Source of the DNA: Candidatus Hadarchaeota archaeon
GTDB taxonomy: Archaea > Hadarchaeota > Hadarchaeia > Hadarchaeales > Hadarchaeaceae
Reading direction: 5' to 3'
Length of the DNA stretch: 32,000 bases
Assembly: GCA_964514965.1 (NCBI GenBank)
Contig: CAZETV010000001.1
Location: forward strand, 150,001 to 182,000
Part shown: piece by piece, positions 17,075-25,774 of the stretch
Layout: each line of letters begins with the position of its first letter
Position numbering within the stretch: the stretch's first letter is position 1
Translations under genes and position numbers: made by a program
Notes under the pieces: model-generated
Told to the model about the DNA's origin: nothing
The model's database searches: none
The model's input: only the letters and a program-made list of their open reading frames with translations

Positions 17075-18355
17075 CTACCCACCCAGAGATTCTTTCACAC
17101 GCCTGCCTTTCCTCTTTTTGATACTCCCCGTCAGAAGTCTATCGCTCCTGAAAATCCAGACTACAACTGCTATGATAACGGCAGCAAATATCGCCACATA
17201 CGCGATGCCGCTCAGCACCAGCAGGTAGTCTTTAACCATCAGGGCCCTCATCGCCATCATCGGGTGGGAAAATGGTATGGCAAACAGGGCGATTTTAAAA
17301 AAGATTGGAAGGGTGTCGAAGTCCTTGAACATGGTTATGAACATTGGGACCAGAACGAGAAACGTTACCGGTAGTATAAGGGTTTGCGCACTTTTAAAAT
17401 CCTTGGCGAAAGTTCCAAGAAGCATGCATAGAGACAAACCCGCGAGGAGGGCCACGAACACGGATACCCCGATCAAAAAGTAATCCGGCGGTCCAAGCGC
17501 CAGCCCAAAGTTTGCCAAGTTTATTTCTGCGGATTGGAAGGACTGCATGTAGTATCCAAACCCGGTCATGTAAATGGCGGCCATCACCAGCCCGACGATG
17601 GCGCTTCCCGCAATTTTTCCGATTACAATATAATTTCTTTTTACTGGGAGGGTGAGCAAGGTCTCCAAAGTTTTGTTTTCTTTCTCCATCCCCATCGAAG
17701 CGATGACAGTGTTTCCTGTTATCATTAAAATTATCACCATGATGATCGGGAGAACTATTGACTGTGAAGACAGTATACTGCTTATTGTTCCAGGGGCCAA
17801 TCCCTCTATTTCTCTACCCTTGAAAATTGTCGTCTCACTTTTCGTGATTGGATTCACTGCTATGTCAGGGTCAATTGAGCTGCCTTCTTCGATCAGCTTC
17901 TTGGATATCTCCTGCTTTGCAAATTGAATTAACGCATCTAATGTCTGGGAGTGTACAGTGTCCATCACTCCCGCCCCCTTCATTATCCAATGGATGAGTA
18001 TCACCCCCGGTTGGTTTTCGTGAATATTTTTGCTGAAGCCCGGAGGTACCACCAGTAACGCTGCCCCGCCCTCGTTCTCCACCACTTCCAATCCTTCCGA
18101 GATATCGGCGCTGTTGGTGGAGAGGTAAACGACTTTGGCCTGCTCGTTGAGAACTCCGGTGATTATTTCGGAAAGAGGGCTATTATCCGCGTCTATGATG
18201 CCAATGATGGGTTTTTCCTTAGCCTGCTCAGTCACGCCTCCGACCATTTGTCCCATCCCGCCAAAAACGATAGCCATAGCTATCACGGGGATTATGGTGG
18301 CGGGCGTGAGCAGTTCCTTCACTTCTTTCTTTATGATGTTGCCCAAGTCACTCAT
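17075..18355 (-). CDS. ABC-2 family permease (NatB-like) with a large extracytoplasmic loop
   Basis: 426 aa. One N-terminal TM helix, a soluble loop of about 150 aa, then 5 C-terminal TM helices. 4-nt overlap with the upstream ATPase gene. Confidence 0.7.
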   Translation of the reverse strand: MSDLGNIIKKEVKELLTPATIIPVIAMAIVFGGMGQMVGGVTEQAKEKPIIGIIDADNSPLSEIITGVLNEQAKVVYLSTNSADISEGLEVVENEGGAALLVVPPGFSKNIHENQPGVILIHWIMKGAGVMDTVHSQTLDALIQFAKQEISKKLIEEGSSIDPDIAVNPITKSETTIFKGREIEGLAPGTISSILSSQSIVLPIIMVIILMITGNTVIASMGMEKENKTLETLLTLPVKRNYIVIGKIAGSAIVGLVMAAIYMTGFGYYMQSFQSAEINLANFGLALGPPDYFLIGVSVFVALLAGLSLCMLLGTFAKDFKSAQTLILPVTFLVLVPMFITMFKDFDTLPIFFKIALFAIPFSHPMMAMRALMVKDYLLVLSGIAYVAIFAAVIIAVVVWIFRSDRLLTGSIKKRKGRRVKESLGG

Positions 18356-19077
18356 GAAACAACCCTCATGAAAACTTCCTCGAGGTTTTCCGCCTGATAT
18401 TTGCTTTTCAGCTCGGGGGCGTTTCCTTCCTCGACTATCTTACCCTCGTTTATCAGGGCTATACTCTCGCACAAAAATTCCACCTCGAGCATGTTGTGCG
18501 AGGAGAGCAGAACCGTGGTTTTCTTTTTTGCAAATTTTTTTATTACTTCCCTTATTTCCCGGGCGTTTGCCACATCCAGTCCGGAGGTGGGCTCGTCCAA
18601 GATGGCCAACTTTGGTTTAGTCATCAAGGCCCTTCCCACCAGAAGGCGCCGAATCATGCCCTTGCTGTAAGTGTCCACCTTGTCGTCGATTCTTTCCCCG
18701 AGGTTCGCTATCTCCAGCCCGCGCTCGACGATTTTTTTCTTTTTGCTGCCGCTGCCGAAAAAGTTGGCGATGAAATTCAGATATGCCCGGCCAGTGAGGT
18801 TTTTGTAGGCCCCAGCATCCTCGGGCAGGTAGCTTATCACCCGCCTGACCCGGTCCGCTTCTTCGGAAACATCGTACCCGAAAACCTTCACGGAGCCTGA
18901 ATTTATCTGCAGGAGGGTCGAGACTATCCTTAAAATGGTCGTCTTTCCAGCGCCGTTCGGGCCTATCAACCCAAATATCTCGCCCTCGCTCACTTCGAAG
19001 GACGCGCCGTTGACCGCCTTGATGGGACCGAAGTTCTTAACAAGGCCTTTGACTTCCACTACAAGCGTTCTTGCCAT
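18352..19077 (-). CDS. ABC transporter ATP-binding protein (NatA-like)
   Basis: Walker A GPNGAGKTT, signature YSKGMIRRL, Walker B LAILDEPTSGLD. Start taken at ATG 19077 (MARTLVVEVKGL). The track's extension to 19170 adds 31 non-conserved residues. Confidence 0.85.
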   Translation of the reverse strand: MARTLVVEVKGLVKNFGPIKAVNGASFEVSEGEIFGLIGPNGAGKTTILRIVSTLLQINSGSVKVFGYDVSEEADRVRRVISYLPEDAGAYKNLTGRAYLNFIANFFGSGSKKKKIVERGLEIANLGERIDDKVDTYSKGMIRRLLVGRALMTKPKLAILDEPTSGLDVANAREIREVIKKFAKKKTTVLLSSHNMLEVEFLCESIALINEGKIVEEGNAPELKSKYQAENLEEVFMRVVS

Positions 19078-19326
19078 CAAAACCCCGTCTGATAATGACT
19101 TTCTTAAAATTATATTTTTTTCGCATAATAAAGTTGCACTTCCGACTGGCAAAGCTCTCCGCTCAGGCACTCAACAACTCGTTCCATGCGCAGGGTCGGG
19201 GTTGATTTTTTTTGAGGTGAACACCCAGCTTCACCATCGAAACTTCAACAAAATTCTAGCATACGAGCACTCAGAACCGCTCGACTTAATAAAAGCCGCG
19301 AAAGAGAGGGGAGTGGAGGCGAGAAA

Positions 19327-20514
19327 TTGAGGAAAAGGAGATGGAAGGGAAAATCTCATCGAAAAAAAAACACAAACATTGTAAAGGTAACGGGTATTAT
19401 TACAATTCTTGTTTTTGTTTCTTTTATTGGATACTTTTTAATTTTTAAAGGTGGGTTGGAATCAGAGAGCTATTATTTATCGATTGATAGTAGGCAACAA
19501 GGGGCTGAGTTGAGTATTTCTGGTGAAACTAACTTACCCAACAATTCTGAACTTGAAATTTCAGTGCCCAATTTGGACGTTTCGGGATCCGTCGTCGTCG
19601 AGAATGGCTATTTTGAATGGGGAATACAGTGCTCGATTAATGCACCGTCGGGTAACATTCAAATCATGATTTTTAGTCCTTTGAAGAACTTTGAAAATAC
19701 CACTATTACTCATTGGGTTCGAGTGAATAACCCACCAACTCCAGATTTCACATATACTAGAGAGGCACATAATGTCAATTTTGTGGATAACTCCTCAGAT
19801 GATGGCACCATTGTAGGTTGGAAGTGGGAATTTGGTACTGGGACTATCTGTAATGAAAAAAACCCTCCAACCTATACATACGACAGCTGCGGTACTTACG
19901 AAGTCAGGCTCACGGTGACTGACAACGGCGGCGCCCAAGCTACATGCGCCAAAACTATTGCGATTCCAGTATCTTATACGTGGACATACGGTGGGATAAG
20001 ATGGCATCAAGAATTTGAAATAGCCGATGAAGTGAAACAATACGAAGCAATGTCTCATGCCGTATATATTATCTACGACATTTCCCCCATCGGCGCTTAC
20101 CTCTCCGAAGATGCTAAAAAATTTGTTACCGCAGAAGACGAGAAGATAGACGCATTTGCAGAGAACCTAAAAGCAAGTTATCTTAGTCAGTATCCTATGA
20201 GCGAGGACGGACTGGCTGATTTTGTGTTGAAATTCGTTCAAGAAGCAATTCCGTATTATGAGTACGGTATAAAAGATAACTCTTATTACTGGCCTTACGC
20301 TTTGGAAGTTCTCGTAGCGGGGAAAGGGAAATGTAGCGAGAAGTCGATACTTTATGCGGCACTTATTGAAGCACTCGGGTATCATGCTAGTTTGGTTGAC
20401 CTGGAAAAGGACGAACATATGATGGTTGGAGTCCGCTTAAGCGAAAGACCTTCGATGGCGTCCGCCGCGGGGTACGTAAACAAAGTTGTTGCATCCTTGA
20501 CAAAAACGGCGTAG
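19327..20514 (+). CDS. membrane-anchored surface protein with a PKD domain and a transglutaminase-like Cys-His core (N-terminal part of a split gene)
   Basis: TTG start with GGAGG 7 nt upstream. Basic N-terminus plus a TM anchor (GIITILVFVSFIGYFLIF). PKD domain (FTYTREAHNVNFVDNSSDDGTIVGWKWEFGTG...YEVRLTVTDNGG). Transglutaminase-like GKGKCSEKSILYAALIEALGY...DEHMMVGV. The frame ends at TAG 20512 in the middle of the domain. Confidence 0.7.
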   Translation: MRKRRWKGKSHRKKNTNIVKVTGIITILVFVSFIGYFLIFKGGLESESYYLSIDSRQQGAELSISGETNLPNNSELEISVPNLDVSGSVVVENGYFEWGIQCSINAPSGNIQIMIFSPLKNFENTTITHWVRVNNPPTPDFTYTREAHNVNFVDNSSDDGTIVGWKWEFGTGTICNEKNPPTYTYDSCGTYEVRLTVTDNGGAQATCAKTIAIPVSYTWTYGGIRWHQEFEIADEVKQYEAMSHAVYIIYDISPIGAYLSEDAKKFVTAEDEKIDAFAENLKASYLSQYPMSEDGLADFVLKFVQEAIPYYEYGIKDNSYYWPYALEVLVAGKGKCSEKSILYAALIEALGYHASLVDLEKDEHMMVGVRLSERPSMASAAGYVNKVVASLTKTA

Positions 20515-20552
20515 AATATTGGCCAGCTGAAACGACTTGCCCAGGATGGAAT

Positions 20553-20876
20553 TTGGGGGAAAGAGATAGCGGATTACACACAGACATATTTAGCATGTAT
20601 ATCCTCCCCATTACCGAATCACCAGTTGCTTCAGCGTCTGCTACCCCCGTGGTCGGAGAAGCCCCCTTAGAGGTGTCGTTTTTTGGCTCTGGAACCGACA
20701 GCGATGGAAATATCATCTCTTATCGTTGGGATTTCGACGATGAATCAACAAGTAACGAACAAAACCCAGTTCATGTTTTTCAAAATGAAGGAAACTATGA
20801 TGTTTGTTTTACTGTTGTCGATGATGATGGAGAAACCGACTTGGAGTGGATTGAAATAATCGTTGGAGTGCAATAG
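20553..20876 (+). CDS. C-terminal part of the same surface protein (end of the transglutaminase-like core plus a second PKD domain)
   Basis: This frame is open from 20400 and encodes ...NGVEYWPAETTCPGWNLGE (core end). It continues with PKD EAPLEVSFFGSGTDSDGNIISYRWDFDDESTSNEQNPVHVFQNEGNYDVCFTVVDDDG. There is no convincing independent start; 20553 is only the first TTG. Confidence 0.6.
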   Translation: MGERDSGLHTDIFSMYILPITESPVASASATPVVGEAPLEVSFFGSGTDSDGNIISYRWDFDDESTSNEQNPVHVFQNEGNYDVCFTVVDDDGETDLEWIEIIVGVQ

Positions 20877-21014
20877 AAGATGCCACGCACAGATGAAAGA
20901 GGTGGAGATGAGGTGAATCGTGAGTTTTTCACTAGCGGTTTTACATTTAGGTCATAAATTCTTTCAAAAACTTAAAGCCCGTTGCGGATAATCCCAATTG
21001 CTGGTGGGCGACCG

Positions 21015-22061
21015 ATGGTTTGGGAAAAATTGGTTGATCGATATGGCGAACTCACAGACAAAAGGTTGAACGAGTTTTTCACCAAACTCGTCGAGGAGAA
21101 GCGGTCTTACCACCCGTTTATCGGAGACCTCTACTCCGAAGTGGCCAAATACGTGCTTCGAAAGGGGAAGAGGCTCGCGTCTTGCGGCACCCTCCTGACC
21201 TACAAAGGATACGCGGGCGAAGTGGACGACAAAATCTTGGATGTCTGCGTCGGGGTCGAGTTGTTCAGGCACTCGATTTTAATCCATGATGACATGGTCG
21301 ACCGGGACGGGCTTCGAAGAGGCGACAAAGCATTTCACAAACTATTCTCCAAGGCCTACGACGACAGATTCAGCGAGGGGGCGGCGATCTTCATCGGCAA
21401 TGCGATGTATGCGCTCGGGTTGCAAACCATCCGTAGCGCCAATTTCCCTCAAGAGAAAACTTCGAAAATCCTGCAGCTTTTCGAGAACGACTATCGGGGG
21501 GTAAACGAGAGTCAGGTGCTGGACATGCTGTTCGAATACAAATCTCCCGATGTCGAGGAGTGGCGCACGATGGCCTCGAGGCGGGCGGCCGTACTCTTCA
21601 AGACAACAATCCTCACGGGAGCTATCCTAGGAGGCGCGCCCGAGCAAGACATTCGCCTGTTAGAGGAAGCCGCGGCCCACATCGGCTACGCATTCGACAT
21701 CCAGGACGACATCATAGACACTTTCGCGGGCGAGGAGCAGTACGGGCGGCCTCCGGGCGGGGATCTGAGGCACGGGAAGAAGCCGCTCTACATCGTACAT
21801 ACGATGAAGCTTGCCGGCGAGAAAGAGCTGGGGGCGCTGAAGAAGGTGCTCGGCAAGGAGAGCCTGACGCGGGAGGAGCTCGAGGCCGCGAGGGAGGTAA
21901 TCCGGAAGAGCGGGGGCCTCGGAGCAGCCAAAGATGAGTCAAGGCGGCACGCCAAGGCAGCAAAGGAGCTTATCGCAAGAACCAGCTTGAGCGACGAGAC
22001 CAAGGAATTTCTATCCTCATTCATCACTTACGTCGAGCAAAGCTTGGACTGGTACAAGTAG
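21015..22061 (+). CDS. trans-polyprenyl diphosphate synthase (GGPP synthase-like; chain length unassigned)
   Basis: First Asp-rich motif ILIHDDMVDRDGLRRG and second Asp-rich motif FDIQDDIIDTF. Start taken at ATG 21015 (MVWEKLVDRYGE). Confidence 0.85.
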   Translation: MVWEKLVDRYGELTDKRLNEFFTKLVEEKRSYHPFIGDLYSEVAKYVLRKGKRLASCGTLLTYKGYAGEVDDKILDVCVGVELFRHSILIHDDMVDRDGLRRGDKAFHKLFSKAYDDRFSEGAAIFIGNAMYALGLQTIRSANFPQEKTSKILQLFENDYRGVNESQVLDMLFEYKSPDVEEWRTMASRRAAVLFKTTILTGAILGGAPEQDIRLLEEAAAHIGYAFDIQDDIIDTFAGEEQYGRPPGGDLRHGKKPLYIVHTMKLAGEKELGALKKVLGKESLTREELEAAREVIRKSGGLGAAKDESRRHAKAAKELIARTSLSDETKEFLSSFITYVEQSLDWYK

Positions 22062-22698
22062 CTACGATCGCGATTCGAGCGAGCGCAAGAATTCGTGCGT
22101 TCGCGTGCCGAGCCCGAGTTTCGATGCTCAGGAGGTCGACTACTCCGTCGATGTCCGTCGAGACGGTTGGTGAGCGATAGATTCTAGGCTTCACCCCTGC
22201 CTGAGAAGCTTCTTTCAAGTGCAGAGGAAAACTCTCCCCGCCGAACCTGAGATTGATGAGGTCGGGCGGTCGTAGGAAGAGGACGTTGGTGCCCTTGACC
22301 TTCGATGGGGCTATCCCGACATCTTTCGGCGCAGGAGCCATCGCGATAATATTTTCAACGTCGGCGCTTTTCAGGAGCGGCAGGTCTGCGGGCAAGATCA
22401 GCACCGAGTCAGCGCCTATGGAAATCGAATGGCGAACCGCAAAATTCAATGCTTCGTTCAGCCCCATGCCCGGCTCAGCGACTCCCTCGGCATTGTGAAG
22501 GCGGGCGAAACTCAGCACCCTCTCGTCAGGCGAGACCACGATGGCACCAGATATCGAGGGCGCTTGATGGACGGCGTTGAGCACGTCCGCGAGCATTGAA
22601 AGCACGAGCCGCTGCCGTTGCTCTGGAGTCAACGCTGAACTCAGGCTCGACTTCGCTTCGTTCAGGCGCTTGACCGGGATGATGGCCCAAGTCGTCAT
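22024..22698 (-). CDS. cofC: 2-phospho-L-lactate guanylyltransferase (F420 biosynthesis)
   Basis: Start at ATG 22698 (MTTWAIIPVKRLNEAKSSLSSALTPEQRQRLVLSMLADVL), a typical CofC N-terminus. 224 aa. The upstream 126 codons of the track ORF are antisense to cofG and are discarded. The 3' end overlaps the polyprenyl synthase gene by 38 nt. Confidence 0.8.
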   Translation of the reverse strand: MTTWAIIPVKRLNEAKSSLSSALTPEQRQRLVLSMLADVLNAVHQAPSISGAIVVSPDERVLSFARLHNAEGVAEPGMGLNEALNFAVRHSISIGADSVLILPADLPLLKSADVENIIAMAPAPKDVGIAPSKVKGTNVLFLRPPDLINLRFGGESFPLHLKEASQAGVKPRIYRSPTVSTDIDGVVDLLSIETRARHANARILALARIAIVATCTSPSFARRK

Positions 22699-22746
22699 GA
22701 AATCAAACAAATTTATAGTGTAGCACATCTTTATGTTGGTATTCGT
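22699..22746. promoter_or_regulatory. compact divergent promoter spacer between cofC and cofG
   Basis: A 48-bp AT-rich island within a GC-rich block. TATA-like AAATTTATAG (22709-22718) and CTTTATGT (22729-22736) lie between the divergent start codons. Confidence 0.35.
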
Positions 22747-23766
22747 TTGAGCTCCAGCCCCCAGTTTGGACAGGAAATCAGCTACTCCCGAAACGTTTTC
22801 CTTCCGATCACGAACATGTGCCGCAACCGCTGCGACTACTGCGGCTTCAGGCGTGACCCCAGCGAAGGCGCTTGGTTCATGTCGCCCGATGAAGTTTTTG
22901 AGCTTGTCGGGCGGGCGAAAGCCGAAAGCTGCTCGGAGGCCCTGCTCACGCTCGGCGAACGGCCCGAGGTCCACACCGAGGCAAAGAAAAAGCTCGAGGA
23001 ATTCGGCTACGAGAGCACCGTCGACTACCTCGTGGATCTCTGCAAGCGCATTCTGGAGCTCGGTCTGCTTCCCCACACCAACGCCGGCCTGCTCACGGAG
23101 CGGGAGCTACGCCGCCTGCGACGCTACAACGCCAGCATGGGGCTGATGCTCGAGTGCGCCGTCGAGCTTCCCGTGCATCGGCACAGCCCGGGCAAGGAAC
23201 CGAAGCTCCGCCTCAAAGTCATCGAAACCGCGGGCAAACTCCGAATCCCGTTCACGACCGGGCTGCTCATCGGCGTGGGCGAGAATCCCGAAGACCGAAA
23301 GCGCTCGCTGCTCGCCATCCGGAAGCTGCACGAACGCTACGACCACATCCAGGAGATCATCATCCAGCCCTTCGAGCCTAAACCCAACACACCGATGGCG
23401 GACCACCCGAGGCCGAGCGACGCGGAACTCCTGGACACTGTCGCCGTCGCGCGCAGACTCATGCCCGAGATGAGCATCCAGGTGCCGCCCAACCTGGTGC
23501 GGGATTTGAACCCGTTCCTGTTCGCGGGGGTGAACGACCTGGGAGGCATCTCGTCGGTGACGCCAGATTTCATCAACCCGGAGAGCCCGTGGCCGAGCGT
23601 CGCCGAGTTCAGGGCCGCGGTCGAGGGGGTCGGGTTTGTGCCGAGAGAGAGATTGCCAATCTACCCGCGCTACGTGAGGGACGAGAGGTTCATGTCGAGA
23701 GAGGTGAAGGAGCGCGTTAGAGAGCTTGCTGACGGGGAGGGTTATCGTGGTGAGATTTTACACTAG
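22747..23766 (+). CDS. cofG: FO (7,8-didemethyl-8-hydroxy-5-deazariboflavin) synthase subunit CofG, radical SAM
   Basis: 339 aa. YSRNVFLPITNMCRNRCDYCGFR (CX3CX2C cluster motif in the CofG context). TTG start; no in-frame ATG lies upstream of the motif. Confidence 0.85.
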   Translation: MSSSPQFGQEISYSRNVFLPITNMCRNRCDYCGFRRDPSEGAWFMSPDEVFELVGRAKAESCSEALLTLGERPEVHTEAKKKLEEFGYESTVDYLVDLCKRILELGLLPHTNAGLLTERELRRLRRYNASMGLMLECAVELPVHRHSPGKEPKLRLKVIETAGKLRIPFTTGLLIGVGENPEDRKRSLLAIRKLHERYDHIQEIIIQPFEPKPNTPMADHPRPSDAELLDTVAVARRLMPEMSIQVPPNLVRDLNPFLFAGVNDLGGISSVTPDFINPESPWPSVAEFRAAVEGVGFVPRERLPIYPRYVRDERFMSREVKERVRELADGEGYRGEILH

Positions 23767-23893
23767 ATTTAAAGTCCTCGCGCTCGAGCCGTGTAGCAAG
23801 GTAAGTCTTTCCCATTCATTCCCCCCTCACTTTTATCATAAATGAAAAAGCGTGAAAATTAATTCTACCATCGCACAATTTTCTGAAAAAAAA

Positions 23894-24211
23894 TTACGTC
23901 AAAACTTTCTCTAGTTCTCTCATGAGCCTGACAACCCGGATACCTTTTTCAGTAAGCGAGTATCTAACGCTTCGAAAACGATCGGCCTGTACACTTCTTT
24001 TTAATATTCCTACCTTCGTCAATTCTTGGAGGCGCTGGGATGTGGTTGTTGGGCTCCCTGTCAGCTTCTTGAGTTCGGTAAAATTTACGCCAGTCTTGGA
24101 AGCAGCAAGTTCGTAAAGTATTTTCTTGCTCCCCTTCTTCGCTAGAATTTCTAGACTCAACAGATCCCTATCAAAAAACTGTATGAACCTCATTTTAATA
24201 TCGATGTTCAT
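23894..24211 (-). CDS. small winged-helix transcriptional regulator (ArsR/HxlR-like)
   Basis: 105 aa. The helix-turn-helix-wing pattern is ILYELAASKTGVNFTELKKLTGSPTTTSQRLQELTKVGILKRSV...YSLTEKG. A TATA-like ATTTAAGTTTATTT directly upstream suggests a leaderless or short-leader mRNA. Confidence 0.7.
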   Translation of the reverse strand: MNIDIKMRFIQFFDRDLLSLEILAKKGSKKILYELAASKTGVNFTELKKLTGSPTTTSQRLQELTKVGILKRSVQADRFRSVRYSLTEKGIRVVRLMRELEKVLT

Positions 24212-24487
24212 CCAAATAAACTTAAATACAAAAAACTGTACTAGTAACGGGGGTGTGGTGCGGAAAAGCTAAGAATGGAAAAAATTGTGACGAAATCTTA
24301 TCTTGGACTGAACGATTTGAGAAAGAAGTGACACATCAATTCTTAAAAAGTGAAAAATTGACTTCCCAGATTGAACATCAGCACGATGGAGAATGAAGCT
24401 GATAGGATGGGAGTTCTGTTCGTCTCCGTTTTGAAACGGTCGAGAGCGAACGAGAACTCAAAAAATTGGGTAAATCAGGTGAAGGGT

Positions 24488-24679
24488 ATGAGTCTTAGGT
24501 CTGCCCGGTATGCCAGGAGAATCGCGGAACTGCTTCACGGGCCCGTGCGCTGCTCCTACTGCGGCAGGCCTGCGCATACGGTAGCAATAGACTTGGAGAG
24601 CAGGCGGGCCGAGGTACACTGCCAGAAGTGCGGGACGTTCGAGACCCCCTCGCGGGAGTTGAAGCTTTTCCAGCGTTAA
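24488..24679 (+). CDS. hypothetical small zinc-ribbon protein
   Basis: CSYCG...18 aa...CQKCG. ATG 24488 has AGGTGA 5 nt upstream. The longer track ORF from 24371 lacks such a box. Confidence 0.35.
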   Translation: MSLRSARYARRIAELLHGPVRCSYCGRPAHTVAIDLESRRAEVHCQKCGTFETPSRELKLFQR

Positions 24680-24780
24680 CCAAGGTTTCCTGACGCAGAC
24701 TGGGGAGGAAGAATTTTGGGTAGCTTTTCGCCCATTCGCACTCCCGCCCTTTTCGATATTGTGTTTTGGCTAAATTCGTT

Positions 24781-25221
24781 TTAAATGCCGAACTGTTGCT
24801 TCAACAGGAGGATGCCCATCACCGCCGTCTCGGAGACTTTGATCACAACCTGCTCGAATTCTGAGTAGTCCAAGCCCTCGATGGATCTCCGCATAACTGT
24901 GAAAATCACACCCTGCTGGTTTATGGAAAAATGAGACTCGCTCGTCTGAAAGTTGTTCCAAAGCAAAAGTTGTTGGTAAACAGGTAGAAGATTGGTCCCA
25001 GGGGGTGGAAGGCGAACACCAGCGCTCAGAATCAAGTCTGCGGGTTTTCCTTCCGGCAGGACTACGCCGACTTCCATGTTTATGCCGCGATAGTTTAGCT
25101 TCGTGTTGGCGATTGATAATTTTTCGGCGACCTGAGGATTCCCCAGCGGCGGTGTACTTTTATCAAATTTCTTCAAGTACTCGTTCACTAAATCAATAGC
25201 TTTCTGAAACTCGGCGGGCAC
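24781..25221 (-). CDS. hypothetical cytoplasmic protein (weak resemblance to the YbjN / secretion-chaperone-like fold)
   Basis: 146-aa ORF with a GTG start. The pattern LLPVYQQLLLWNNFQTSESHFSINQQGVIFTVMRRSIEGLDYSEFEQVV recalls CesT/YbjN-type proteins. This is recognition by eye only. Confidence 0.45.
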   Translation of the reverse strand: MPAEFQKAIDLVNEYLKKFDKSTPPLGNPQVAEKLSIANTKLNYRGINMEVGVVLPEGKPADLILSAGVRLPPPGTNLLPVYQQLLLWNNFQTSESHFSINQQGVIFTVMRRSIEGLDYSEFEQVVIKVSETAVMGILLLKQQFGI

Positions 25222-25327
25222 TTGCCTTTTTTAAAAATCCCCATATTCACACCTCAATGAAATTCAAAAATAGAATATAAAAAAGTTCTTCAAGTTGGAG
25301 TTTTCGTTGGTACTTTTTTCTAACAGG

Positions 25328-25732
25328 CTAAGCTTTGTGCCTGTCCCAGAAGAAGCCGATTAAAGACCCCCAGATCAATGCAGATATCAGACTGGATACA
25401 ATTTGGTAAATGTCGATCACTGTTCCTAATAGATACGCGAGCCCTAGCCCTACGACAATCCACCATACGATTCCGAGAGACAGCCCCTTCAAAATGCTTT
25501 TGGCTCCAGGCAGACGGTCGTAAGCGGCTGCATATACCATCCCGAAAATTGATCCGACTATGGCGCCAGCGATAGCGTACCCTATTACAAGCACAAACGC
25601 CCTTTCGGTGACTATTATATAGCCTGGTTCGAGTGTGGCATAAATGTACGCAATACCCAAAATGGAGAATATTATACCGAAGACCACTCCCGCTTTTGCA
25701 CCCGCCGTCATGCCCCTTTTGAACTCGGCCAT
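25328..25732 (-). CDS. hypothetical integral membrane protein (4 TM, Gly/Ala-rich helices)
   Basis: 134 aa. GGGGTGA lies 3 nt upstream of ATG 25732, and the gene begins 42 nt after the upstream gene's stop. Four hydrophobic spans. Confidence 0.6.
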   Translation of the reverse strand: MAEFKRGMTAGAKAGVVFGIIFSILGIAYIYATLEPGYIIVTERAFVLVIGYAIAGAIVGSIFGMVYAAAYDRLPGAKSILKGLSLGIVWWIVVGLGLAYLLGTVIDIYQIVSSLISALIWGSLIGFFWDRHKA

Positions 25733-25774
25733 TGTTCACCCCCTTGTAGCTTTTCCGTTTCACATACTGATCGT

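Noticed and set aside
19341-19370. A9 homopolymer (19362-19370) just after an out-of-frame ATG (19341) at the 5' end of the surface-protein gene; possible phase-variable start
   Set aside because: The in-frame TTG 19327 has a better box (GGAGG plus 7 nt) and gives a sensible basic N-terminus plus TM anchor. Using the ATG would need a change in the opposite direction (loss of an A) from the other frame breaks. The tract is still a likely error or hypermutable spot.
20512-20514. TAG at the end of the first surface-protein ORF as a possible read-through (pyrrolysine-type) codon
   Set aside because: Read-through in the same frame gives sequence with no domain similarity. The -1 frame continues the transglutaminase-like core and a PKD domain, so a frame break explains the data better.
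22699-23076. N-terminal 126 codons of the 350-aa minus-strand track ORF that ends as cofC
   Set aside because: This part is antisense to the strongly conserved cofG coding region. It is Ala/Arg/Gly-rich, as expected for a GC-rich shadow frame. A canonical CofC N-terminus begins at ATG 22698.
21286-23576. Multiple 60-130-aa ORFs in alternative frames (e.g. 21560-21937, 21712-21963, 22766-23146, 23107-23406, 23337-23576)
   Set aside because: All overlap the motif-bearing polyprenyl synthase, cofC or cofG frames. Their Arg/Ala/Pro-rich composition is typical of stop-poor shadow frames in GC-rich DNA.
23767-23893. Possible remnant of cofH immediately after cofG
   Set aside because: The only open frame (31 codons, VRFYTRFKVLALEPCSK...) shows no radical-SAM or CofH-like motif.
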